Part shown: in pieces, positions 11,545-24,810 of the stretch
How positions within the stretch are numbered: the first letter of the stretch is position 1
Layout: each line of letters begins with the position of its first letter
Origin: Ginglymostoma cirratum
Lineage: Eukaryota
Direction of reading: 5' to 3'
NCBI GenBank assembly: GCA_024137785.1
Contig: JAHRHZ010000075.1
Span: forward strand, 4,949,068 to 5,013,067
DNA length: 64,000 nt
Notes under the pieces: model-generated
What the model was told of the DNA's origin: nothing
Databases searched by the model: none
The model's input: only the letters and a program-made list of their open reading frames with translations
Made by a program: the position numbers and the translations under genes

Positions 11545-12545
11545 CGACCACAACACCACACAACCCTGTCATGGCAACCTCTGCAAGACATGTCAGATCA
11601 TCGACATGGACACTACCACTACATGTGGGAACACCATGTACACAATAGATGCTCATGTGACTCGGCCAATGTTGTCTCTCATATTCCATAGGAAAGGATG
11701 CCCTGAGACATGGTACATTGGTGAAACCACACAGATGTTACGACAACAGATGAATGGACACCGTGTAACAATTACCAGATAGGAATGTTCCCTCCCAGTG
11801 GGGAAAATCTTCAGTGGTCAAGGACATTCAGCCTCAAGCCTTCGGGTAAGTGTCCTACAAGGCAGCCTTCAAGATACACAATAACGCAGAATCACTGAGC
11901 AGTAACTGGTAGCCAAGTTTTGTATCCATGAAGAGGGCCTCAACCGCGATCTAGGGTTCATATCACATTGCATGTGATCCCACCACACTGTTCTGTTTCT
12001 GTAAAATCTTCTTCACTGTCCTGTTTTGATGCCATCACCTTGATAAATTAATTGTTATGATCTCTCTACCTTAATTAGTTTGTACAGTTTTGGATGACTT
12101 ATTACTTTGGTTAGACCCTCAGCATGCAACTTTCACAACTATTATGTTATTCCAGTCATTTAGTTTGTCTCCAGCACCACCTTATTTTTAATTGTTTTGT
12201 AATTATCTCTCTGCCACAATTAATCAGATTATAGGTCATCCTTTCGCTTGTTATTCAGCTGTTGACACTTTAGTCACACTGCCTGACACGCTTGATCATC
12301 TGCAGAGGCTTATTATTCAGCCTGTTAATACTCCACTCACACCATTTGTGTGATCTTTTGATCTCTCTGCCCTTGATCTCTCTGCCTATAAATTCTGTGC
12401 CTGTGTGCTTCTCTCTCACTTCTCCTGACGAAGAGGCACCTTTCCGAAAGCTTGTGATTTCAAATAAACCTGTTGGATTGTAAACTGGTCTTGTTTGACT
12501 TCTGACTTTGTCCACCCCTGACCAGCACTGACACCTCCACATTAT
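11545..12545 (+). mobile_element. Penelope-like element (family 3), right arm of inverted pair
   Basis: Encodes PCHGNLCKTC linker and WYIGET GIY-YIG motif; reverse-complement match to about 10391-11330. Confidence 0.85.
12418..12458 (+). ncRNA. Minimal type I hammerhead ribozyme motif (family 3)
   Basis: CTGACGA 12425-12431, GAAA 12446-12449, palindromic AAGCTT helix III; stem II degenerate. Confidence 0.6.
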
Positions 12546-12979
12546 TGTTTGGACTGGCACATTTATGACTGGCACTTCTTCTTATTTGTCCTGGTGAGCT
12601 GGGCCCAGACAAACAGAATAAATCCAGGCACCGGGATGGGGGATACCTATCTCTTTGTGTTCTTTGCGCTACTTTTAATTATTTGGAATTTGTGTCAATT
12701 ATACAGATCAGGAGATGAATTCATGATTAGAAATTCCATATTTTCTGTTATGTCCAGTCTGCCATGACTTTTTTTCTGTCAGTCTTCTGCTCTTCCCCAC
12801 AGGTATGCAACTAACCTCTTTGGGACCCTTCTCATGCTATTGTGCTGCAGTTGAGGCAGAAGTGCTCACCACTGCTGAGATCTGCAGCATATACATCACT
12901 GGCATCATATTTGAAGCTCAGTTGTACATGGATTAAGAGGCTGCAAATCAAGCACGACCTCTTGAACGTTGGTGGTCAT

Positions 12980-13085
12980 TCCAGATGACCAACTACATGG
13001 CCCAGAAATGAAAGTTCACGCTGTGGACAGGAACTTGGCAATACTGATGGATGAGATGGTGGAAAGGTGGCTATGCAAGTGTAGG
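12980..13085 (+). pseudogene. Possible Harbinger Myb/SANT-like ORF relic
   Basis: Translates ...DRNLAILMDEMVERW, resembling the Myb/SANT-like first helix; similar relics near 15510 and 32660. Confidence 0.25.
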
Positions 13086-13224
13086 TGTCACTATCAGCTC
13101 TCTGCTAAGGACCACCACTGACTTGAATTCTGCCACTCTACATGCCTCTCACCAGCACACATGGATGACGACTGGCACTATTGCATACATTTTGTCCATG
13201 CAATGACATTTTTTGTACTCACTC

Positions 13225-14215
13225 ATGGTACATGGGTGTCACTGGCTGGTCAGCATTTATTACCTCTTCCCTATTGCCCTTGAGAAGGTGGTGGTGAGAT
13301 ACCTCCTGCTGCAGTCCACATGATGTAGGTTGACCCACAATGTCCCTGGCAACAGTGAAGGAATGGCAATATGTTTCTAAGTCAGTAGGATGAGTGGCTT
13401 GGAGGGGAACATACAGGTGCTGATGTTCCCATGAAGCTGCTGCTGTTATCCTTTTAGATGGAAGTGGTCATGGGTTTGGAAGCTGCTGTCTAAGGATCTA
13501 TGGTGAATTTCTGCAGTGTGTCTTGTAGATAGAGCACACAGTTGCTATTGAGTGTTGGTGTTGGAGGAAGTGGGTATTTGTGAATGTAGTGCGAATCAAG
13601 CATGCTGATTTGTCCTGGATGCTGCCTGGTTTCTTGTGTTGCTGGAGATGCAGTGATCCAAGCAAGTGAGGAGTATTCCATCACACTCCCTATTTCTGCC
13701 TTATAGATAGTGGACAGGCTTTGCGGAGTCAGGAGGTGAGTTACTTACCACAGTATTCCTAGCCTGTAACCTGCCTTTGTAGCCACTGTGTTTCTGTGGC
13801 GAGTCCAGTTGGATTTCCAGTTTATGGTAACCCTACAACGTTTATAGTAAGGGATTCAGTGATGGTAACACCATTGAATTTCAAGAGGCAGAGATAAGAT
13901 TGTCTGTTAGTGAGATAGTCATTTCCTGGCATTTTTGTGGCACAAATGTTACTTGCCACTTGTCAGCTCTAGCCTGGATACTGTCCAGATCTTGTCACAT
14001 TTGACATGGACTGCTTCAGTATCTGAGGAGTCATGAAACTTCTGAACATTGTGTAATCATCAGCCAACATCCCTACATCTGATCTTATGATAGACGGAAG
14101 ATCACTGATGAAGCAGCTGAAGACGGCCGGAATTAGGAGTTCTGAATGATGCTGAACATTGTGCAATCATCAGAGAACATCCACATTTCTGACATTATGA
14201 TGGAGGCAAGGTTTC
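13225..14215 (-). mobile_element. CR1/L2-group LINE, 5'-truncated (RT C-terminus + 3' UTR)
   Basis: ORF pieces FSCFISDLPSIIRSDVGMLADDYT and MEYSSLAW on minus strand. Confidence 0.85.
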
Positions 14216-14454
14216 CATGATATCCTCCAAACCATGAACCATTCTTGTCCTCTGAGCTCCTACTCAGTTATTGAAAACACCTCACTACTTCTGCTAATGA
14301 GTCAGTACTAACTACTGTTTCATCCACTTCCAACACACTCAATCTCTTCCTCCTGTTCTCATTGGAGGAACCCCACAACTGGGCTAAGACTAGTGGAGGG
14401 CATTACTGGTGGCAGACATCAAGCTTCCGATCCATTAAGCTCCTTATTAGAGCA

Positions 14455-14850
14455 GAAGACATAGCAACAGGAGTAGGCCATTTGGCCCCTTTAACCTGCT
14501 CTGCCATTCAATAGGACCATGGCTAATCTGACATTCCTCACGTTCACTTTCCTGCCTTATCCTCATAATCCTTGATTCTCCTACTGATCAAGAATCTATC
14601 TCAGCCCTAAATATACACAAGGACTCTTCCCCCACAACTGTTTGTGGCAAGGAGTTCCAAAGGTTTAGAACCCTATGACAGATGAAATCCTTCGTCATTT
14701 CAGTCTTAAATTAAATTCTCCTCTTAATTCTGAAACAATATCCTCTGGTCCTAGAATTTCTCGAGATGACAAACTCTCAGCATGTACCCTATCAAACACT
14801 TCCAGAATCCTAGGTTTCAATAAGATCACCTCTCATTCTTCTAAATTATG
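14455..14850 (-). mobile_element. CR1 LINE 3' fragment
   Basis: gaagacatagcaacaggagtaggccatttggcccc tail and ggagttccaaagg (WNSL motif on minus). Confidence 0.75.
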
Positions 14851-14967
14851 GGGAGACAATTTCACAGGTAGCTGCTCATTTGGGGATAGGGAAACCTCGA
14901 TGGCCAACCAAGCCATTAATCCTCATTGTGCTGAGTTGCTCCACTCTCTTATTCCCAACATTCCTAA

Positions 14968-15070
14968 ATCTAAACAGAAAGAGCAGGAAAAAAATCAACA
15001 GGCCTTACAGCATCTATGGAGAGAAAAAAAACAGAACAAATATTTCAAGTTCAATATGACTTATTTGGAA
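14968..15070 (-). mobile_element. Penelope 3' terminus fragment, degenerate
   Basis: acaggccttacagcatctatggagagaaaaaaacagaac matches the family 1 tail in reverse. Confidence 0.55.
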
Positions 15071-16941
15071 CACTCATTCTTAATCTGCACAAGCCTTCAT
15101 CCGTCTTACACAACTATTTTCCTTTCTTCTCTTATCCAGGCACTAGTGACACCCAATGAACCTCCACTAGGAAGAAGCCAGCACTGGAGATCTTCTGATC
15201 CATTCCCCACCTGTGGATTCACTGACAAAGCTTTCATCTACATCCTCCAGCAGCTCAGTTTCAAATTGGTGGGTACTCTATCTCAACGCAGGAATGCAAA
15301 ATGCTCAAACAAAATGCTTCATTCTATATCACAAACCAAGTCCTTGCAATCTTACAATTCTGTGCGTGAATGTGACAGCTGCTAAGCATTATCTTCCAAT
15401 GTTAGCTATAGAATGGGAAATGGGAACTTCAGGTTCCACATAATAGTGTCTGTTTAATTGCAGTTGCTTTGCTGACATGATGAGGAGGAAATTATTGTGC
15501 ACACTGTGATGCTCCAGATTACTTGAGGATGAGTTTCGCATTCTTGTAAAAGAAATGACAAACTGATTTGGTTCAGAGTGAAGTCAGATGGAAGGCATTA
15601 CTGTATCAGTGGAAGCACAATGACTGCAATTGCCCCTAGCAGAGCATCCATTTCCAAGAATTTTACTCCATCCCTGCGTCAGAATTTTACTCCCTCTACC
15701 CACTTTGCAATCCATGCAATCCATTTTGTTCAGTTATCGCACGGTTGACTTTCAATCTGAAATGGCAAGGTTGCAACCTTGTGAGTGAGTTGCAGGGTCT
15801 ACCTGAGACATAAGGTACTCCCCCATCTTTCACATTGTGTTGCTGCTCTCGTAACTTCTGTAACTTTCAAACTCACCCCTTTTATTTGGGTTAAGTCCAT
15901 TGGTATTACTACAAATATGCCCACTTTATTATCAGTTATCTCACTATGTAGATGCCAGAGTGACTGTGACCTGGGAAAAACCCCTACCCCAGAGCTCGAA
16001 GTCCCCCTTCACACTTAGGTCCCCCCCTCTATTTAGAAATGGTCCTATCACATTAATGGTTCCTTCAGCAACCCACTGCAATGAACAGCATCTCAAGATT
16101 TGAACTGTCCAAGTCAAGATTTGTCACAACTCCATGGACTGCAGCTTGATGATTTCCTTGATCATACTCCCAGGACTGACGGACAATCAACCCTCGAAAC
16201 TGACTTAGCAGGACATCCTGATGTGAGCCTGATGAACCTACCTGTATTCCTCAGATTGCTTGCATGTTACTTGCAGGACTGACCATGCCTCAATCTTCCA
16301 CTCTAAAGTGGAAGATATGGATCCCTGGACATTGGTAGGATCACGTGCCTGACTGACAATAGCTAATTCCCTGTACTGTAATCAGATAAGCATCAAGACT
16401 GACTGTGGCACTATCCACAGGCTGACTGTCATCTACCTTGACTCCACTAAGGACCTGCTCCCCTTTGACTTTGACACACAGCCATTTGCTTGAAGTGCAT
16501 GCTGTGTATTTGCCTAGTAAGCTGATGGCACACACAGAGAATTTGACATTGACATGGCGCACTGCCATACAGTGACATGTCCATCACTTTGACAGTTCAG
16601 CACTCACCACCGTGACAAGCTCCCTGTCCTTTCCTCAGCATTAAAGGAAATTCAAGCCATAGAAGCTGGCAGCCTATAGCTGGGCACTGAATGCCAAGAA
16701 ACCACACCAGAGGCTGGCAGCCTATATATCTAGGCTAAAATCAACGAGTGTGCCCTTATAAAGCAGTAAGCAGTGTACACAGTCTGGAGCCTCCAAGTAA
16801 GTGCTAAGTGAGTGAGCACTAAGAAAGCAAGCCAAGAACCATGAGGTGCATCCTCTCTGGAATAATAAAATGCATTTGAGTTGCTGCATGCAAAGTGACC
16901 TGGCAAAAGTGTCTGAATCATGGCAATAGCTATTTTTTTTA

Positions 16942-17145
16942 TGGGCGACACGGTGGCTCAGTGGTTAGCTTGCAGCCTCACAGCGCCAGGGACCAGGTTT
17001 GATTCCACCCTTGGGCAACTGTCTGTGTGGAGTTTGCAAATTCTCCCCATGTCTGCGTGGGTTCCCTCTGGGTGCTCCAGCTTCCACCCACAGACAAAGA
17101 TGTCCAGGTTAGGGGGATTGGCCATGCTAAATTGCCCATAGTGTC
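16942..17145 (+). mobile_element. V-SINE (HE1-type) with tRNA-derived head
   Basis: A box tggctcagtgg, B box ggtttgattcc, V-domain tgtgtggagtttgc...ttctccccatgtctgcgtgggtt. Confidence 0.85.
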
Positions 17146-20100
17146 TCAGGAGCACGCAGTAACCATGTTCTGAAGAAGCAGTTGGATGACAGCTGAGGCA
17201 AGCCAGTGATGAGTTGCAGCTGCCAGGTAACTGCTCTGATTTACATGTTGGGAATTTGCAGCATCAATTGTCTCGAGGAAGAAGAGTAGAACTAGAAAAG
17301 GCACTCAAGTGATTTGGGGTATTAATGAAATGTAAGCACATGGGAAATAAGGTAGTCACCATTAAATAGCAAGATTCTGAAGTTGTCACTTGAAGATTGA
17401 GGGGAAAGTTGCAGAACATTTTCTTGACTTCAAGATTCCAATATTTTTTCAACCTCATCATATATTTCTCAACACTGTTCATACCACTTAAGACCTGTGG
17501 ACATTCTGCCCATTGTCTCTACCAAAATAGATGCTTGTGGCAGACCGTAATTTTTCTGCCTTGCACCTAGGTACACACATTGTCTGGATACAGAGCAGAA
17601 GGAATATATTTGGAGACCCAATAAACTGATTTTCCAGATTTTCCAGACATTTATTTTTTAATCCATTAATCAGAGAGTATATTAAATGCTGGAGAACACT
17701 GACACATTTGCACTGAGAATTATGAGCACATGCTTACCTCTACATTGGTTACAGACTCTAGTCCAGCAAACAATCTTGAGGAGCCATCTTGACACTTCAA
17801 GGCAAACCACAATTAAGGCAGCCCTGCCTTGAATTTATGGCAATCCTTATTGCAATAGGTACTATTTTAATACCGAACTGCTTATCACATATATTTCATG
17901 AATTAATAATTTTACTTATGAATCCAAATGAATTTCCAGTAGTTAGCAAGCCACTATAGTGTAGCTCAATTCAGTAGCTGATTTTGTATTCACTTTACAT
18001 TCATGATGATTTCTTTACTAATCCCATGAGCACACCTACAAAATGTAACGCCCTTAAAAGGTCTTTCTGTCAGCCCTCCCTTGAATCTGCTTTAATATGC
18101 TCAGTTGGTACAAAGACTTTCACTATGTAAATCCTGCTTTGAAATAATAAAGTACTTGTTTATTGGTGGCACTACAGAGATAATATCATGAAACAGCAGG
18201 ACCCCACTGGTGGCTATCAGCAGCATTTGTGATGAGTTGCTTCTATTTATGTGCATTTCAATCAATCTCTTTTTCTCCTGTATTCAAATTCAACAAGACT
18301 TTCTTTTTCTAAATGATATTTTATCAGTTTGTTAAGTACTTCCTTGCTTTAGTTTACAGATTCTAAATCCCTAAAGCTTTCTGCTGACTGACAAAATTTA
18401 AATGAGATTATGAACAACAAGTCATCAACACCCTATCACCCTACTCCATAATTCCAGTGGTTTCCAGCTTTAAATTATATTCCATCCACACCTTTGGACA
18501 TCTGTGATTCTATTACAGTCCTTAGAATCAAATAAATACATCACCAGCTGGTGCATTTAAACCCTCTAGCTCGATTTTTTCCTTCAGTTGACATGGTAAC
18601 AATTGTGAAGCCATCTCTTGGTAATACTCTTAATTGATAGTATAAATTATTTCTGAGATATTTGATTACAAAATGATGTACTGAAGCTATTTAGTGATCC
18701 CAGATCAGCTTTTTTTAGATATGAAATTGCAACTGAGCTTCCACTGTGTTGCAGGTAGTGCTTCAAACATGAATTGTAATAACTAGACATAGTGCTTTTT
18801 GAAAGGCTGTGTTTTAGCGTGAAAAGCATTGGAGTACTTATATTCATGTGAAGTGGGCTTAGTGTGTGATTATAGTGGTTCTGATGCTTTTTTCTGCATG
18901 TGATGCTATGATTTGTGCATTTATGTCTACACAGTACTATTCTCCATTAGAGAACAATCTTCATTGTCATGCTGAACTGATTGTTATATATATATATGAC
19001 TCATAACAAAGGCACATGGAGCTCTCATTTTGGAGTAGACAAGCTGGAAGGAAACCTGCCAAATTAGATGGTACAAGCATGCTTCCAAAATCTCAAACAT
19101 TAAATCAAATCAAAATTACACAAAAACCTAATGCAGGAGATTCTCAGCAGCTGAGTAGCCAAGCATGCTAACTTTAATGTTGAAACATTGGTCATGATCA
19201 ATTGCAGTGCTACACTAAACCCCATACCAATACTATGTAATTATAGTTGAGTGCTTGGAATTCTGCCAGCATAAAATTATAAATGGTTCTAAATATGCAT
19301 ATTCTCAATGCTTTTCTGATATGTACTCAGCACTGAGAAAGCATACAACTCTTTGTGATTAGTGTGACTTTATCTCACAAAATGAAAATTGCAACTGCAA
19401 AGAGGTTGGGGACCCTGTGATTCTGGGCATGCTAGGAATATAAATTTTAAAATTGGGATCTTTTTCGAATGATAATATACATGATGCTTAACAGTGAAGT
19501 GTTAAAGTCATCCTATTATTTCAACTGGGCATTGTTAAACTGTTTATTTTCTGGCCGAACTCCAGTTACTCAACTATAATTATGTGGCATTGTACGAGCT
19601 TCCATGGAAGTGTAGCAATTAATAAGATAGCATACATTGCTTGCCACTCATTTTGCTTTCCAGTTGCATTGCTCGAGGTCACTAGCTTCACACCACAGTA
19701 AAGGAGGCAACATGCACACCATTTGGGCAGAATATTGGCCTTGTGGTGAAAGGTACCTGGCAGAGTAACTTTGTGCAATAAGTGATCTGACTAAGGTCAG
19801 AAAGAAGATATTGCTAATTTCCGATCTGGTTTGTTTAATGCTGATAACAGAGTGGAATCAAAGGCATATGATGTGGCCAACAATTTCTATGCTTTTGACA
19901 CCAAAATGATAAGCAACTTGAACCTGAAGCCTACTTTCCACTTACACACTGGTCCTGTGGAGGTAATTTCAAAGAAAAGGAAAATTGATAGGTGAAAGCA
20001 GTAGTGGTTTCTTCAGTATAATTGATAGTACATGATACAATATGAAGTTGAACAGGATCATTGGATTACATTCATTTGTACAGCATACAGTTATGTAATT

Positions 20101-20149
20101 CAATTGGTAACGATAGTCATATGACATCATGTATCCAAAGCAAAATTGG

Positions 20150-21032
20150 AGTTAATGGGAATTGATGGAGAGGTGCAACTGTCTGCTGGTTAGAGACATA
20201 ACTAGCACAAACGAACATGGATGTGGTTTTGAAGGTCATTCATTTCAGTTTCACATCTCTGCAGGAGTTCCTCAAGGTAATGTCATAGGCCCAACCATCT
20301 TCAGCTGCTTCATCAATGACCTTCCTGACATCATAAGGGTAGATTGGGGATGTTCATTGATAATTACATGATGTTCAGCATCAGTCGAGATTCCTCAGAT
20401 ATGAAAGCAGTCACACAAGTGCCAGGCAATGACCATCTCCATAAAGGGGAATCTAACCATCACTTCTTGATATTAAAATGCATTCTGATTACTGAATCTC
20501 ACCCTGTGAATATCCAATGAGTTCCCGTTGACCAGAAACTGAACTGGATCAACCATATAAATGCTGTGACTATAAAAGCAAGTCAGGGGCTAGGAATCCT
20601 GCAGCGAGTAACTTACCTCCTGATTCCCCAAAGTCTGTCCACCATCCACAAGGCACGAGTCAGCAGTGTGATGGAATACTCCCCAACTGTTTGCCACACC
20701 TTCGTCATACACTTCCTCCAACATGCTTGCACAGTGGCAGCAATTCTCCTCTGACATCATTTTCCAACCCCTCGAAATCTGCTACCTAGAAAGATAAGGG
20801 CAACCGATGCATGGGGACATCAACACCTGCAAGTTCCCCTCCAAGCCTCCCGCCATCTTGGCTTGCAAACATCACTGTTCCATCACTGTCTGTTTTCGAT
20901 CAAAATGCTGGAACTCCCTTCCTAACAGCACAGTGAGTACAACCAAGGACGACCCTTGTTCAACAGGTATTTCACGACCAATTAGGGATGGCAAGAAATG
21001 CTGGCTGCCCACATCCCATGAACAAATAAAAA
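20150..21032 (+). mobile_element. CR1/L2-group LINE fragment (RT + 3' UTR)
   Basis: GVPQGNVIGPTIFSCFINDLP and SVMEYSP motifs; tail cccacatcccatgaacaaataaaa. Confidence 0.85.
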
Positions 21033-21294
21033 GAAAATATTTGGTTGGTGCCACTATCTGATAAATCCAGTGTTGTTTAACATTAACAGCTGAAGAGATC
21101 CTTGGGCTTGAGCTCTTCTTAGGGCTATTTTAGATTCATTTTAGGACAGTACTGGACCAGTTGATAGATTAAAATATGTCATTAAGGTTTATTGCCTCAA
21201 ATCTTCCATGCAACACAGCATCTTTATCCCCTTCTCATAAAACTGAGTTCTGTTTAAAATCCAGCAGAAACAAGCCACATTTAACACATAGGCC

Positions 21295-22400
21295 ATTGAA
21301 TTGTAGAGTGGTGTAGAATCAAACAAGGCCATTCAACCCATTGTGCCTATGCTAGTTCTTTTGTCTTGTTATCCGATAAAGTCAGATATATCTCATATCC
21401 CTGGCTGTTTTGTTTCTCTTTATCATTTATACATACCTCTTTTGTATGTTTCTATTAAGTCTGCTGTGACTACTCTTTCAGGCAATGCATCCCTGACAAC
21501 AACAACTGGAGGTGTTAACAGAAATGATTTCTCATCCCTAGTATCTTCTGGTTACTGACCATACTGCCATAAGAAACAATTTCTCCATGTTTACTCTACC
21601 AAAGCCATTCATGAATATCTCTCCTGAATCTTCTCAAACTTCTGAAGACGAAGGAGAAAAACCCCAGTTTTTCTAGTCTCACCACATTATCACATTCCTG
21701 GTGACATTTTAATAAATCTCTTCTGCACACTTCTAAAGACATCGATATCCTTCTTAAAATGTGAGGACCAGAACTGAATATAGTACACCAGCTGAAGCCA
21801 ACTCAATTATTCTCTTAGTGCCTCTGAATATACTGCCATATTGACAGCATCCTTTTTCCCAGTGAAAACAGATGCAAGGTAGTCAGTATTCAGAATTTAG
21901 TATTCAGCCATGCCTTCTACCTCTATAAGATCATCTCTTGTTTGGTTACTAATCTGCTGTACACTTCCTTTAACAATCTTTTCACTACTTATATATTTAT
22001 GGAATGTTTTTGTATACTCTTTTATATTAACCGCTAAACTATTTTCATTCTATCTATGACTTTCATTTCCTTTTCCAGATCTCCTCAGCACTATCTATGT
22101 TTACCTTGATGCTTTACTGTACTGTGAATCTTACAATTGCTCTAAAGTGAGAAACCTTCACCAAATTGAGTATTCCTAGCTACTAGTTTCTCCTTCACAG
22201 ATGCTGGCAGACCTGCTGAGCTTTTCCAGCACCTTTGTTTTTGTTCTAGCTACTACTCTTGGCAAATACCTTATTCAATCAGCTGAGGCTGTTTGCTCCT
22301 GGGGAATCGACATATGCCTGTACATGTATGAGCATCTCCCTCAGGATATGTTGTACATGTTCTGCTTAGTTTTTTTTCAATTCAAGTGACTACTCAAGTG
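21295..22400 (-). mobile_element. Old CR1 LINE fragments
   Basis: ggccattcaacccatt tail; ccagaactgaatatagtac (YCVQFWS on minus); internally deleted. Confidence 0.6.
22186..22245 (+). mobile_element. 60-bp Penelope tail insertion with 10-bp TSD
   Basis: ctagctacta at 22176-22185 and 22246-22255 flanks cacagatgctggcagacctgctgagcttttccagca. Confidence 0.75.
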
Positions 22401-22407
22401 ATTCAAT

Positions 22408-23018
22408 TGTATCGATATGTGCCTTTAAGTGGGATTTGTTCTGTCTTGTCTCTCTCGAAGAGGAGCGTTGTCAATCTGGAGACAAGGTGTTGCTCCATGG
22501 AAAGCAGAGTAAATAGCTGTTTCTTAAAAAGAAAAGCAAAAGAAACTTGAGTGGATCAGGCTCACAGACTAAGGGTTTTAATTTTGCTTCCAGTTGTTGA
22601 AGTTGGAGTTTTGGAGTTGAAGCTGCTAGATACAGCTCTGTCTTTGCTACAGCAAAATAGCTTGAGTTTTCTCTCTGCTGCCAGATTTCTTCTTTCAGTA
22701 TTTCATTCTGCTGGACTAGAGTGAGAAGACAGCATGCGAGCAAATCTATTTTGGTGAATTTGTCTTTGCCAAGGCTGTGTTTATATGATACTACTATATT
22801 GAAACAGTCGATGAGCAGTAGTTGAATAATATATTATTTTTGTAAAAGAGTTAAAATTGTGCCAATTCATCTTTCTTTTTGTTTGTATTTAAGTGTGGTG
22901 TAAGAATAAAGTGTGTTTTGCTTAAAGCCTAGTAATGTGACCAATCAATTCACTTCTGGAATGCAGAGCTTTATTTCCTCTCCTCGTTTTACCTCTTGAA
23001 TACTTAAGGTCCATAACA
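22408..23018 (+). mobile_element. Solo LTR (probably Ty3/Gypsy)
   Basis: Begins TGT, ends TAACA, 4-bp TSD caat (22404-22407 / 23019-23022), AATAAA at 22905-22910. Confidence 0.7.
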
Positions 23019-23029
23019 CAATTCAATTT

Positions 23030-23155
23030 CAAGAGGGTTATAGCTTCAAAATATTAAATTTTGCTTCTCTTTCCTTTGATGTTGCTTGACCTGCTGAGTA
23101 TTTCTATCAACTTCACTTTTTATTTCAAATTTCCAGCAGCTACAGTATTTATCTA
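23030..23155 (+). mobile_element. Penelope 3' terminus, degenerate
   Basis: gatgttgcttgacctgctgagtatttc...atttccagcagctacagtattt. Confidence 0.6.
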
Positions 23156-24049
23156 TTGTTCTCCAGTGGCCCACAGTCAACAGAGGCCTAACCAGTAGTA
23201 CTGAAAGATCTGGAGGCTGTCTAAGAATTGGTGGTTTTTTGTGTAAAGTGTTTGCCTGTTGAGCTGGAAGGAATAGGAATGCTCCTGTTGATTCTATTAT
23301 ACTACTGTGGGTCACCACAGGAGAAGTGTATAAAACAGAAGGCATTGCCTTGAAACATCACATTCTCACAACTGGGTTTGTACAAGACGTCTTGTGACAT
23401 AAAGTTGATGAAATGGGAGAAGCTCTGAAGAATTCTCAGTCCTTTTGTTTCACTATGTTTATAGTCTGCAGGATTAAAAAGTAATTTAGAATCCTGACTA
23501 TAAACTAATAACAATGGAATGTCTGGAGCTTTCAATGACCACACACAAAATGAGATGTTTTTCAATTGTTTTACGTATATGAGACTTGAAATAAATAAAA
23601 TCTTAGAGGGGGACAAGAAGGAAAAGGAAGAACGTGCAAAAGGTTTAATATTTTAAAAGGTTATTGCTTTTTTCCTTTTAACATTCATATACAGGAGGGC
23701 ATCACTTAATGTCACTTGCATGAGAGTGAGTGGGTGGTGTGGGCTGTTGTATCAGAGAAAGAAGTGGGGGAGCAGAAAGGCAACAGAGTGACATTGGTCT
23801 AGATATTCCGATTAAGGTTTAATACCCAATTTCTGTCCCTGATTGGGTTAAAACTTACCCATTTAATTTCAGACGACTTTTGCACTGGAGATTCCAGTGT
23901 CAAAAGACACTAATAATATTACAAAATTATTAGATATTCAAGAGGCAAAATGAGGAGATGAAATAAGCAAATAACTACCAGTATAGAAAAAGTGCTAGGG
24001 ATTTTGATGAAACTGACAGAATACTGAGAAACTTGGATAAAGCGGAGTA

Positions 24050-24810
24050 TTAAAGTAGTTTGTTAGTCAGATCACACTGGTCAGATCACAGCTGGTATAC
24101 TGTGAACTATCTTGGGCTACTTATCGAAGGAAAGATCTATTGGCTTTGGTGGCAGTCCAGAGAAGGTTCACCAGGCTGATACCAGATATATTCGGACTGT
24201 TGTATGAGTAGGTTTTGTTCATGGATTCCTGGGCAGGTTCCCAGAATGTAATTTTGGCGAAGGGTCGCAGGACATGAAATGTTAACTCTGTTTTTCTCTC
24301 TTCAGATGCTGCCAGACTTGTTGAGTCTCTCCAGCACTTTCTGTTTTTGGTTCAGATCTCCAGCATTGGCTGTTCTTTGTTTTATCTCTGTAGATTGGGC
24401 CTTCAATAATTGGAATACAGAAGAATTTGAGGCAACCTTATTCAAACATATTAAGTTCTTAGAGGACTTGACAAGGGAGATGTCGGGAGAATGTTTCCCC
24501 TTGTGGGCGAATCTTAGGTCAAAGGGCATAATCTCTGAACAGGAGGTGGCCTATTTAATTCAGAGATAAGGTGGAATTTCTCTCTGAAGGTTATGAATCC
24601 GTGGAATTCATTACCACAGCCTACTGTTGAGGTCATTAAGTATAGTCAAGGCTGAAATAGATGGATTTTTAATAAGTAAGGGAATCAAGTATTTTGGATA
24701 AACACAGAAAAGTGAAGTGAGGATTATTGGATCAGCCATGATCTCATTCAATACTACACTTGATGGGCTGAATGGCCTACTTCTGCTCCCATGTTTTATG
24801 GTCATATAGA
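24050..24810 (+). mobile_element. CR1 LINE 3' portion, interrupted by Penelope terminus
   Basis: gtccagagaaggttcaccaggctgatacc (VQRRFTRLIP); 3' UTR gggctgaatggcctacttctgctcc. Confidence 0.75.
24255..24388 (+). mobile_element. Penelope 3' terminus (family 1) inside CR1
   Basis: gaagggtcgcaggacatGAAAtgttaactctg followed by the full tail. Confidence 0.7.

Noticed and set aside
14675-15385. 236-aa ORF
   Set aside because: Runs across an antisense CR1 fragment, an antisense Penelope tail and unrelated DNA; no domain motifs; chance chimeric frame
18985-18997. (TA)n microsatellite; also (atgtag)n at about 49390-49412
   Set aside because: Very short simple repeats of no evident significance
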